Source: Octopus sinensis | Lineage: Eukaryota | DNA: 64,000 nt | Direction of reading: 5' to 3' | Assembly (NCBI RefSeq): GCF_006345805.1 | Contig: NC_042998.1 | Location: 200,136,001-200,200,000, forward strand | Shown here: positions 54,280 to 64,000 of the stretch, in pieces | Position numbering within the stretch: the first letter of the stretch is position 1 | Layout: the number at the start of each line of letters is the position of its first letter | Translations under genes and position numbers: made by a program | The notes under the pieces: generated by a model | Seen by the model: the letters and a program-made list of their open reading frames with translations, nothing else | What the model was told of the DNA's origin: nothing | Databases searched by the model: none

Positions 54280-55273
54280 CATATATATATATAAAAAACT
54301 GAGAATGTGTCTGTCTGTGTATCTCCCTAAAACTTGAGAACTACACTACCAATTTCATTCAAATTTTACACATGCCTTACTTAGGGTCCATGTAGTTTCA
54401 TGGGAAAAACGAATATTCAAATTCTTGTCTAGAGCGAGCCCATAGCAATATTATATCTTCTCCACTATTTCAGTATTACGTGTTAAAAGTGAAACAAAGA
54501 CATTTCTCTATTTTATGTCAGATGCTTTCACTTTAACAATAAAAATAATAACAATTGAATTATATGTAAAAAGTAATAATTAAAATCAAACTAAAGTATA
54601 ATATAATTGTAACATAACAAAAGTAAAAATAGCAATTGGTATAAAATTGCATCAATGATTTGAACTTGAATAAGTGGTTTCACATGAATGGGAGTAAATT
54701 GAAAATAAAATTAGTGTGCAGAAATGGAATAGTCCAGATGAATAATGAAAAATTAAATTAAAGAAAAGACTATTGTCTATAATGTATACAATGTAGAGAA
54801 AAAAGAAGATTTGAACACCTGGAGGAAAGCACCTTCGAAAAGTGTCTTGGTGCGACTATGAAATATATCTAACCAGAGGCGGTAAATTCACCACAATAGA
54901 AGCAAGGTTCGAGTCAACGGAGCGTGCAAGGGAGTACTCGACTCGAACTTGCAAAGAGGAAATATTTTAGTTTTACCTTTATATCTGGGACGTAGGACGT
55001 CCCGGATAAAAATTTAAAATGCCCCCGCCCCGAGGTAGAGGTAGGCTGCATTATAGAGGGAGCACAGGATACAATTGATCGAAATTACAAGTGACGGCTT
55101 AACAATTCCAGTCTGTTATATATTTTGAGTATTGTTATCACTAGCGATATCAAGATATAACTTTGTATTTTGTATTTTATGTGTAGATGTATATATATAG
55201 ATGTACATGTAATATGTACACATATATACATGCACTAGCACTATGACCCGGCAACGACGGGTCATGATGCTAG
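54280..55273 (+). mobile_element. Helitron-like element (about 1 kb)
   Basis: 5' TATATATAAAAAACTGAGAATGTGTCTGTC resembles the start at 5769 (diagnostic TC not visible); 3' hairpin TGACCCG-gcaacga-CGGGTCA then CTAG|T at 55270-55274. Confidence 0.55.
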
Positions 55274-55288
55274 TATATATATATAGTT

Positions 55289-55481
55289 AACTCACGTGTA
55301 GGAATGAGTTGCGACATCACTGGTGCCAAGCTATATCGGCCTTTGCCTTTCCCTTCTTTAACATCAGCTGGTATGCATGGCCAACTACTGGGCTTCCATA
55401 AACAACCTTGCTCGGACTTTTGCCTCGGAAGGTAACTTTCTAGGTGCAATCCCATGGTCATTCATAACAGAAGGGGTTCTC
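55289..55481 (+). mobile_element. 5'-truncated SINE-C
   Basis: Matches the reverse complement of 16269-16490. Confidence 0.85.
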
Positions 55482-55545
55482 CTCCAACTTCTCCTCCTCC
55501 ACCTATACATATGTATGTATGTATTTATGTATGTATGTATGTATG

Positions 55546-55633
<88 letters not shown>

Positions 55634-56165
55634 TTGGGCACAATCATATACAGACTTCGTTAATCATAATTATGCGACATTTTGAATATCTGGTGGATCC
55701 CACGGAGGAATTTTGAAAAGAAGTAGAATCGCTTATAAGTATACCAAAATAAAATATTATTTGCATTCAATAAACATTTTTCTTTTCCAAATCTTTCCAA
55801 TGCCATATTCACATTTTCATTGTGAATCTGGCATCCGTAATTTCTCCTAGGATTCTATAGAAATATGAAAAAAAAAAAATATATGTTCGTATTTTGCATC
55901 ATGAAGTTACGTTTAGGTGCGGGGGAAAAGCCGTTTAATATAAGGATGTGATACCTATTAGTGAGCGACATAAATTTGTGCTCCACTTATCTTTACTGTG
56001 AACGAAAACATAGCCTAACCGCGTTTCACGCAATAAGATTGAAGGGACTACTTTAGCCTCTAATGCTGAGTTATGAGCACTATATTATAGGGTAGAGTAT
56101 CAGAGTAGTTCCTTTGAGCCAATTTATTTATCTATCCCTTTACTCTATTCAGTCCTTCACCCCCA

Positions 56166-56201
<36 letters not shown>

Positions 56202-56331
56202 ATGTCTGTCTATCTATATATTTGACAAATGTACACGATTTTGATTCTAAGAAATTAAGCTATCAAGCTAACATTTTTCTCTCTGAATACATACCCGCAC
56301 GTTTCCCTGTATGCGTGCATGTATCCATGCG

Positions 56332-56332
<1 letters not shown>

Positions 56333-56418
<86 letters not shown>

Positions 56419-56427
56419 TATACATAC

Positions 56428-56511
<84 letters not shown>

Positions 56512-56690
56512 AATATGTGTATATATATTATATATATATATACATATATATATACATATGCACATGTATATATATATATATATACATATGCACATGTATA
56601 TATATATATATATATATAATATATATATATATTATATATATATATATATATAATATATATATTATATATATACATACATACATAATACAT
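56333..56690. repeat. (AT)n/(GT)n microsatellite complex
   Basis: Direct. Confidence 0.95.
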
Positions 56691-56799
56691 AAATAGATAG
56701 GCTGATCGATAGATAAATATATGAATATGTATGTGTGTATGTGAGTATTTCAGTGTCTGTGTTCGTGTGTGTATACACCTAAGCATCTAATTTCTATAG

Positions 56800-56872
56800 T
56801 GCTATCTCGCCGTATCTGTCAACAGTTGGCATTGATATAAGAGCTAAGTCGGAGGAGTTGAATGGCTTTCGT
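56800..56872 (+). CDS. Candidate exon of a Rab-like small GTPase (switch I/G2 region)
   Basis: xAISPYLSTVGIDIRAKSEELNGFR resembles Rab Y/FISTIG[IV]DFKxKTIELDGKxI; acceptor CTAATTTCTATAG and donor CGT|GTCAGT. Confidence 0.5.
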
Positions 56873-57744
56873 GTCAGTTGGAATACAATAAAATATCTAA
56901 TGTTTCATCTTCTGCTGTTTAGATTTACCCCCACATTTCTTTTGATCCATAATTGATGATACAGGTAATAATATCATAATGGAGTTGAACAAATCGATTA
57001 TAGTGCGGACACTGAAACTTATGAAACCTTTTTGTTATTCAATGTAAAGATACGTTCGTATACACACAAGTGTTTTTGTGTAACTGACTGCATATATGAT
57101 TGTGTAATGTGTGTTGATTTATAAATAATTCCTGGTGCTTCCGGTAACCTTCGTGCTATCTTTTTTAATGTCAGATTCCACTTTGTTTGTCCATCTACTT
57201 CGCCGGATTATGCACCAACATATCATATTAATATATAAAATGACTGAGAATTAAACTGATTGAAAAGCGATGTTACACATTTTATTTCCAAACTTGTACA
57301 GGGTCACGTTGACCATTTTATTATCAATCTGTCATAATTTGTTCTCGTAGTGCTAAAAGAAAAAAAAATCTACTGGACTTGTGTATCAGACAGTTACGTT
57401 CAGCTGTGAATAAAAAGCCGCTTGGTATATGCATGAAATAAAAACGAATGAGTGTCACAAATAGTTGTTCCACTGATTTTTACAATTTTCATTTTCGTAC
57501 AAAATTCTGAAAGATGAGTTAAAAGGTTGAATTTTGAAAATGACACCCTGAGCTTTTTACGAATCAAGAAGAATTGGCATGTGTCAAAAGACAGACAGTT
57601 GTGATAGCTTCTCAATGAGAAGCTTAACTTTGATATGGTCACCAGAAAATAAATATCATGTCGAATACATGACTGGTCGTATGACAACGTCAAGCGTAAT
57701 ATGGTTGTTTCATTATTCCGTTTTATTTTTGATTGATGTTTTAG

Positions 57745-57804
57745 AGTTAAGAGTGGTAATTGTGGCGAACAAAAATGACCTGGAGATTGCTACTTATTTA
57801 TATG
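57745..57804 (+). CDS. Candidate exon with a GTPase G4 motif (xLRVVIVANKNDLEIATYLY)
   Basis: Hydrophobic strand followed by NKxDL; T-rich acceptor TTTTGATTGATGTTTTAG; donor G|GTTGGT (alternative at 57809). Confidence 0.4.
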
Positions 57805-58045
57805 GTTGGTACTTCCAAATTGCAAACATGTTGATTTACTTTCACGTTGCTAATCATGTAGTCATGCAAATATACGCATACACTCTGCAATATTTAAATA
57901 TTCAGTTGACACATAGAAAGTCGTATTTTCATATACACAGAATGAGAAACACGCATAAAATCACAATTAAACACATGCTTATTATATTAAGCATGTTATC
58001 GCAATTTTGATATGGTGTTATATGAAGCCGGGTGGCTATTTACAG

Positions 58046-58079
58046 GAGTGCATCAGTGAAAATATTGATATATTTATTG
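58046..58079 (+). CDS. Candidate 34-nt exon (ECISENIDIFIG)
   Basis: Acceptor CTATTTACAG and donor TTG|GTACGA; phase link to the previous candidate unresolved. Confidence 0.2.
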
Positions 58080-58559
58080 GTACGAGATATAAAACGTTCT
58101 TACTTGGGAATCCATATTTATATTTTGTTATCACTGTATTTAAACACAAAGGTGGCAACATACATGCATTTCATATTACGGCAAGGAAGTAAGAACGGGT
58201 TCTAATGTAATCGAAGCATGCATCTAGTGATATCCATCCATTTTTTATTGCTAATCCAGAAATATATACTATCTTTCATTTTCCTGGCTGTATGATTTTT
58301 GCTAGATATGCTGAAGTAAAAACAACAGAAGTAAAACGAATGTTTGCAACGGTTATTATGATTCATGTAACTGTTGGTTTGTGGTGATAATTATATTCAT
58401 AATAATACTCTGTGGTTTCCAGAAATATTTTCGGCTCAGTACAATTTATATTTGATGAGAGAGAGAGAGAAGAGAGAAAGGGAATGTGAGTGTGTGTGTG
58501 TGAGAGAGAGAGAGAGAAACAGAGAGAGGGAGTTGGAAAGAGAAAAGTCGTGTTCTCAG

Positions 58560-58621
58560 GTGTCAGTTCTGCGAAGTATATGACTGCAAATGCCCCTGCA
58601 TATTGCAGAACACTTACATGA
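58560..58621 (+). CDS. Candidate terminal exon (GVSSAKYMTANAPAYCRTLT*), SAK G5-like
   Basis: Acceptor TGTTCTCAG; phase-compatible with 58046-58079. Confidence 0.15.
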
Positions 58622-58645
58622 TTTATTATTTAGAAAAAAATGAAA

Positions 58646-58830
58646 GCGGTGAGCTGGTGGAATCATTAAAGCGCGCTGGGCAAAAATTTTTATCGTCATT
58701 TTGTTCATATTTACGTTCTGGGCTCAAATTCCGCCGAGGTCGACTTAAGCTTTCGTCCGTTCGCGATCGATAAGATAACCACCAGTTGAGCACTTGGGTC
58801 GATGTAATCGACTTACTGTTTCCATGACAT
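58646..58830 (+). mobile_element. Diverged SINE-A
   Basis: GCGGTGAGCTGGTGGAATC..CAAATTCCGCCGAGGTCGAC..GTCGATGTAATCGACTTA. Confidence 0.8.
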
Positions 58831-59738
58831 TGTGCCAATATTTGAAACCAATATGTAGAGAACAAGCAGAAGATTAATAGGAGTAGGAGGGTGAAATGAA
58901 AGTAAGTTTAAAGGAGGACGGGTATCAGAAAATACTCATTCCCACCAAAAAGAATGCTAACGAGAAACATTATAATAGCGGTGCAGAAATATCAAAAATT
59001 TTGCTAACGAGAAACATCATAATATCGGTGCAGATATTAAGAAAATTTGTACTAAACACCCGGTCGGCTGTGATCAACTAGTCTTCTAATCAAATATTTT
59101 CTAACCGTAATATTTTTGCTTTAAATCCACTAATACATCATCTAACGAATCCATTCTATATTTTGTTATTGTAATTTCTTGAGACACTTGTATGTGATTC
59201 GAAGGAAATATTAAATAACGTAATCCTACGTACAGAAAAAGAAAAAACTTTTGAAAGGAAATAATGTGTGATTTCGGCGTATGAAACCAGAAATTATACA
59301 TGTCTTTCGAACATGGGTATATGGAAAAGTAGGAGTTAAAATTATTTGAAAGAACAATGAATAAAATAACCTGCAGCAGAAGCAAAGCTTTAATTTTGTT
59401 TTAATGATATAGATGCTTTTTAAGAAGTTTATACGTTGACTTATTAAACTACAAATCGATCTTATTTCTCACTCTATTATTTCATCTCTAAATTGCAGTT
59501 TTGAGATAAAGAGACACAATTCGGCACGAATATTCACAAACGTACAATCACAGTCTCAGATGCAACACACGCGCACATGCATATACATAGATATATACGT
59601 ACAAGTAGAAAGACATACGCACGCATGTGTCTGCATTTACATACGAATTTATGCTAACATTCGTCATACACACGCCGACAAACACATATCTATACATGAA
59701 CACACACCCATATGTATATGCATATAGAAAATTAATAC

Positions 59739-59868
<130 letters not shown>

Positions 59869-60422
59869 TATGTATATATATATATATATATATAATATAT
59901 ATATATATTTATGCACACAACTCACGTATGTACACACATGTGTGTATATGTATGTATTCTTGCTAATGGTACTATTTGATGCAAGTTGTTATGCAAACTA
60001 TTATTCTGTGTTATTACAATCAATCATTATGTAATACAAAAGTTATTACTGCTCGGAATTGTATAGTGGAATTGTCCGGCATTTCAATGCATACAATTAT
60101 GATAAAAACACATCTTCACTTGATTTTTGTTTTAGGATATATGAGTATTGTTCAGGTTAACAGCTATACCAATGCCGCAAATAAGAAAGCCATACATCGG
60201 TTTATTCGAGCTTTTATAACAAAGCTACTTCCTTGTGTAATATTTCAAATATTACGTTTAATGAACATTATACGAGTGATTTCCACTTAGAACATTCATT
60301 GAATTATCTCAGATAAATATGTTAAATGGAAAAGTGAAATTGATTTCCTATCTTTCGGCCAAAGACAATCAAATTCACTTTACGTTTAACGCATTTACAA
60401 TAACACTTACAATAAGGCACAC

Positions 60423-60463
<41 letters not shown>

Positions 60464-60580
60464 CACGCATTCACATATATACATGTTTTCGTATGTGTGT
60501 GTGTGTGTGTGTGTGTGTGTACACATGTGCTTGCGAGTGTGGTTGTGTCTATGTGCTTGCGAGTGTGGTTGTGTACTCGT

Positions 60581-60810
60581 AAGGCGGCGAGCTGGCAGAA
60601 TCGTTAGCACGCCGGGCGAAATGCTTAGCGGTATTTCGTCTGCGTTACGTTGTGAGTTCAAATTCCGCCGAGGTCGACTTTGCCTTTCGTCCTTTCGGGG
60701 TCGATAAATTAAGTACCAGATACGCACTGGGGTCGATGTAATCGACTTAATACCTATGTCTGTCCTTGTTTGTCCCCTGTGTTTAGCCCCTTGTGGGTAA
60801 TAAAGAAATA
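60581..60810 (+). mobile_element. SINE-A, full length, near-consensus
   Basis: Intact A box TGGCAGAATCGT, B box GAGTTCAAATTCC and tail TAAAGAAATA. Confidence 0.92.
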
Positions 60811-61028
60811 GGTTGTGTCTATGAATATATATATGTGTGTTTGTGTGTGTCTGTGTAAGTATGTGTGCGTGCATATATATGTGTGTGTGTGTATATATAT
60901 ATATGTGTGTGTGTGTATATATGTGTGTGTGCGCATGCGTTGTAGAAACACACAGACAGACGAATGATGTCTCAGTAAGTTTCTATGACTGTTTTCCCCC
61001 ATTCAACAATTTAGAACTGGCAGCACTA

Positions 61029-61029
61029 A

Positions 61030-61063
<34 letters not shown>

Positions 61064-61267
61064 GCCGCTGCTGCTGCTGCTGCAACTACCACTCCTACTG
61101 CTGCTGTTACTACTATTAGTACTACTACTACTGCTACTGCTGCTGCTACTACTACTACCACTAGTACTACTACTGCTGCTACTACGACTACTACAACTAC
61201 TGCTCCTGCTCCTGCCACTGCTACTATTGCTAACGCCGCCACTACCGCAGCTGCTGCTGCTGCTGCT
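61029..61267. repeat. Compound (CTA)n/(CTG)n trinucleotide repeat
   Basis: Direct; gives poly-L/S/V ORFs. Confidence 0.9.
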
Positions 61268-61713
61268 CTTATTTTCATTACAATTTGTTCTTGTGAGGTT
61301 CATCGCATGTAAGTTGACATGTTGAGATTTTATCCATACAAATAGATTGCAATTTGTCGTATTATCATGCAAACTAATTCAAGAGTACTTTGATTCAGTT
61401 TTACTCTCTAAAACGTATACGGTTCCAGTTATCCTTTGTTAACTTCATAGCATTGGCATCTTCTGTAGTAAGCTACAATAATATATAGAGACTACAGGTA
61501 AATAAAGGTAAGTATCTTTGATTACCACTGCATTACTGTAAAAAAGAATGATATTTTTCTATCAAATTTGAAGATTTTTATCATTCTGCAGAAGGAATAT
61601 ATTTGGTTGACGTTCACAAGAAATGTCTTGATGAATTAATGTGTATTAATGTACTCAATATACCACTCCTGTGCCTCTCTCTCTCTCTCTCTCTTTATAT
61701 ATATATTATATAT

Positions 61714-61827
61714 AAATAAATGAAAGAATGGAGTTGAACGACGAATTAACAAAATTCCTTTATTTTCGACATATGTTATCAAGGAATTTTGTTAATTCGT
61801 CGTTCAACTCCATTCTTTCATTTATTT
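61714..61827. repeat. Perfect 47-bp inverted repeat with 20-nt spacer
   Basis: 61714-61760 is the exact reverse complement of 61781-61827. Confidence 0.95.
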
Positions 61828-61978
61828 GTATTTAAAAAACACACAAATTTCCACATTATAGCATGTGATCCCTGCCCTAGGCATGTAGCTTCAACCGTGT
61901 TTTTCTGACGTGAATTTGCTACCCAAGTATCGGTTAACCGAATTATCCATAATAAGATAATTCATTCAACTACTATAT

Positions 61979-62014
<36 letters not shown>

Positions 62015-62225
62015 GGGGGTGTCAGTGTTTGTATACCCACCATTGCTTGACAACCGATGCCGCGGTGTTTAAGTTCCAATAACTTAGCTGTTTGGCAAAA
62101 GACGCTGATAGAATAAGTACTAGAGTTATAAAGAATTAATCCTGTATTCCATTTGTTCGATCGAAAGCGGTGCTCCAGCATGGCCGCATTCATATGACTT
62201 AGACAAGTAAACCTATAAAAAAGAC
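62015..62225 (+). mobile_element. SINE-B 3' half
   Basis: CATTGCTTGACAACCGATGC..GATAGAATAAGTACTAG..GCGGTGCTCCAGCATGGCCGCA. Confidence 0.8.
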
Positions 62226-62411
62226 TATGCCATTTTAATCCCGATTAAGGCTGGGTATCTCTGGTAGTGTATATTTAACTGAAGAGTCCTATTAAACGGA
62301 CGAAAACACGAATGAAGAATTATCCAAAACTCTGACTCTCTCCTTCTTAATATACATCTGTACATCCCTTCAAACACATTTTACATTCTTACATACACAC
62401 ACACCCATACG

Positions 62412-62481
<70 letters not shown>

Positions 62482-62482
62482 T

Positions 62483-62797
62483 AAATTAATAGTTATTGCC
62501 ATACTTATATGGCAGTCTTATAAATATAAGACTAAAGCTGTCGCTGATTAGCTCCAAGAGCCACCTGCTGGGTCTGATTACGCTGCATTGATAAAGGGCA
62601 AATACCCTGAAACATGTCTGCAGCTGTCTGACTGGCAGGATGAAGCGGCTGACCTCCCCTGTTCGAAGGTTTATAATGGACGCAGGTTGTGTGTCAAATA
62701 GCTAGCTTGAGGGGGTGGCCTCTTGGAGCTAATCAGCGACAGCTTTAGTCTTATATTTATAAGACTGCCATATAAGTATGGCGATAACTATTAATTT
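62483..62797 (+). mobile_element. 315-bp fold-back element with 78-bp terminal inverted repeats, probably PLE/retrozyme-related
   Basis: 62483-62560 versus 62720-62797 match at 77/78; the 159-bp spacer holds a hammerhead motif. Confidence 0.85.
62582..62624 (+). ncRNA. Minimal type I hammerhead ribozyme, U3-A8 variant
   Basis: GCUGCA/UGCAGC stem I (6 bp); core UUGAUAA; stem II AGGG-caaaua-CCCU; GAA; palindromic stem III ACAUGU; GUC cleavage triplet (C62618). Confidence 0.7.
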
Positions 62798-62844
62798 CCA
62801 GTAACGCTGCCGTAATCTCCTTTAGAGAGACTTAGTAATTTTAA

Positions 62845-62891
<47 letters not shown>

Positions 62892-64000
62892 TATATATAT
62901 ACATATATACATATATACATATATACATACATATATATAAAAAATATATATACATGCATGAATGTGTCTTGTATAAATGTAGATACTCATATACATAGAG
63001 AAGAGAAATTTTTTAAATAGGTCATTCTTCACTTTCCAACTTGTAGAAGACTAAATTGTTAACCGTGAAACATTATATATCTGATTAACTATTTGTAGGA
63101 AGCCATCACATCAATCACGTCTTAGCAAATTTTTGCTGACACGTAATTTTCAATTCTTCCGTTTATTTTAAGTTATTTATTAATTTAGCCTCTACCACCG
63201 ATATTTGCCAAAACTTTTATATTATAAAACTGTGCATGTAAAATTTCTTTTGATCTTTCCTTGATGAGTTTTTCCTTCGTTCGACACATCGCCCTCCATA
63301 TTTTATAAAATGCTTCACTCGGTGTAAGATTACAGATTGCCTTGCTCCCCAGACTAGTTAAATATATATATCTGTACACTATTTTGTGTAAATCTCTAGC
63401 TTAATTTTGAGTAATTTGTAGTAAAGCAATTTTCTATCTAATAGCTGCCTCATTCATGGTGCTACCGATTATCATATTTAGTGCATGTACGTGTCTGTGT
63501 ATTTGTGTGTGCAAGTGTATGAGTGCGTGCATATAGCTTAGGAAATGGATGCTGTTTAATTCATAAACCATGGATACGAAAATGGGATTCAGATAATAGA
63601 AAAATTTTGCAAAATAAATTTAGTGTGGAACATATTTATTTTGGTAATGAATGTTAAATAATTTTAGTGTATGAATAACAGAATTCATAAATAATTTAGT
63701 GGTGAATTCCAAAGCAAGATTTTTGGTCCTGAATTTCTTGAAAGCAATCATAATGTTAGACAAAGTTTCTCCATTTTGTTATTTTCTGCTAACTATCAAC
63801 CGAAACTGAACCATTTCAAGTAAGATCACGAGAGACAAGGCTGCGTCAGAGCCCCTACACGATTCACTGTCTATATTACCACCATCATTAAAGTCATCAC
63901 AGGCGATTTCCTATCAGTTGAAATTATCTATGGAACCGATGGAAGGCTCTTCAATCTTTCCTAATAGATGTCTGAAACGCAACATGCTGCATCATCGTGC

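Noticed and set aside
56923-56964. 42-nt segment with good acceptor and donor between the Rab-like candidates
   Set aside because: Stop codons in all three phases.
57579-58010. 143-aa continuous ORF
   Set aside because: Only the VVIVANKNDL segment looks meaningful; the rest is AT-rich and intron-like, so only the exon candidate is reported.
60837-61372. Poly-Leu, poly-Ser and poly-Val ORFs up to 162 aa
   Set aside because: Explained by the compound CTA/CTG repeat; no domain or splice support.
63185-63379. 64-aa minus-strand ORF with protein-like composition
   Set aside because: No recognisable motif or convincing donor site.

Overview
AT-rich, repeat-dense eukaryotic DNA with many (AT)n, (CA)n, (GATA)n and (AAT)n microsatellites. 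The SINE types and composition suggest an Octopus (coleoid cephalopod) intron or intergenic region; this is inference, not a database match. Most ORFs in the track are microsatellite or SINE artefacts. Supported features: a young, 5'-truncated Tx1/L1-clade LINE (35.3-37.9 kb) inside an (ATCT)n tract with one 4-bp frameshift; decayed R4/Dong, RTE, CR1 and Penelope-like (PLE) retroelements; Tc1, mariner and maT DNA transposon remnants; two Helitron-like elements; and over 25 copies or fragments of four tRNA-derived SINE types (called A-D here). Best leads: minimal type I hammerhead ribozyme motifs inside fold-back elements (62.5-62.8 kb, with a compensatory U3-A8 core pair; 18.3-19.2 kb), further long palindromes, the microsatellite-embedded Tx1 with an odd 5' junction, an inverted SINE pair, and cryptic Rab-like GTPase exon candidates at 56.8-58.6 kb. 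No complete host gene, rRNA, true tRNA or CRISPR array is supported. All alignments were read by eye.
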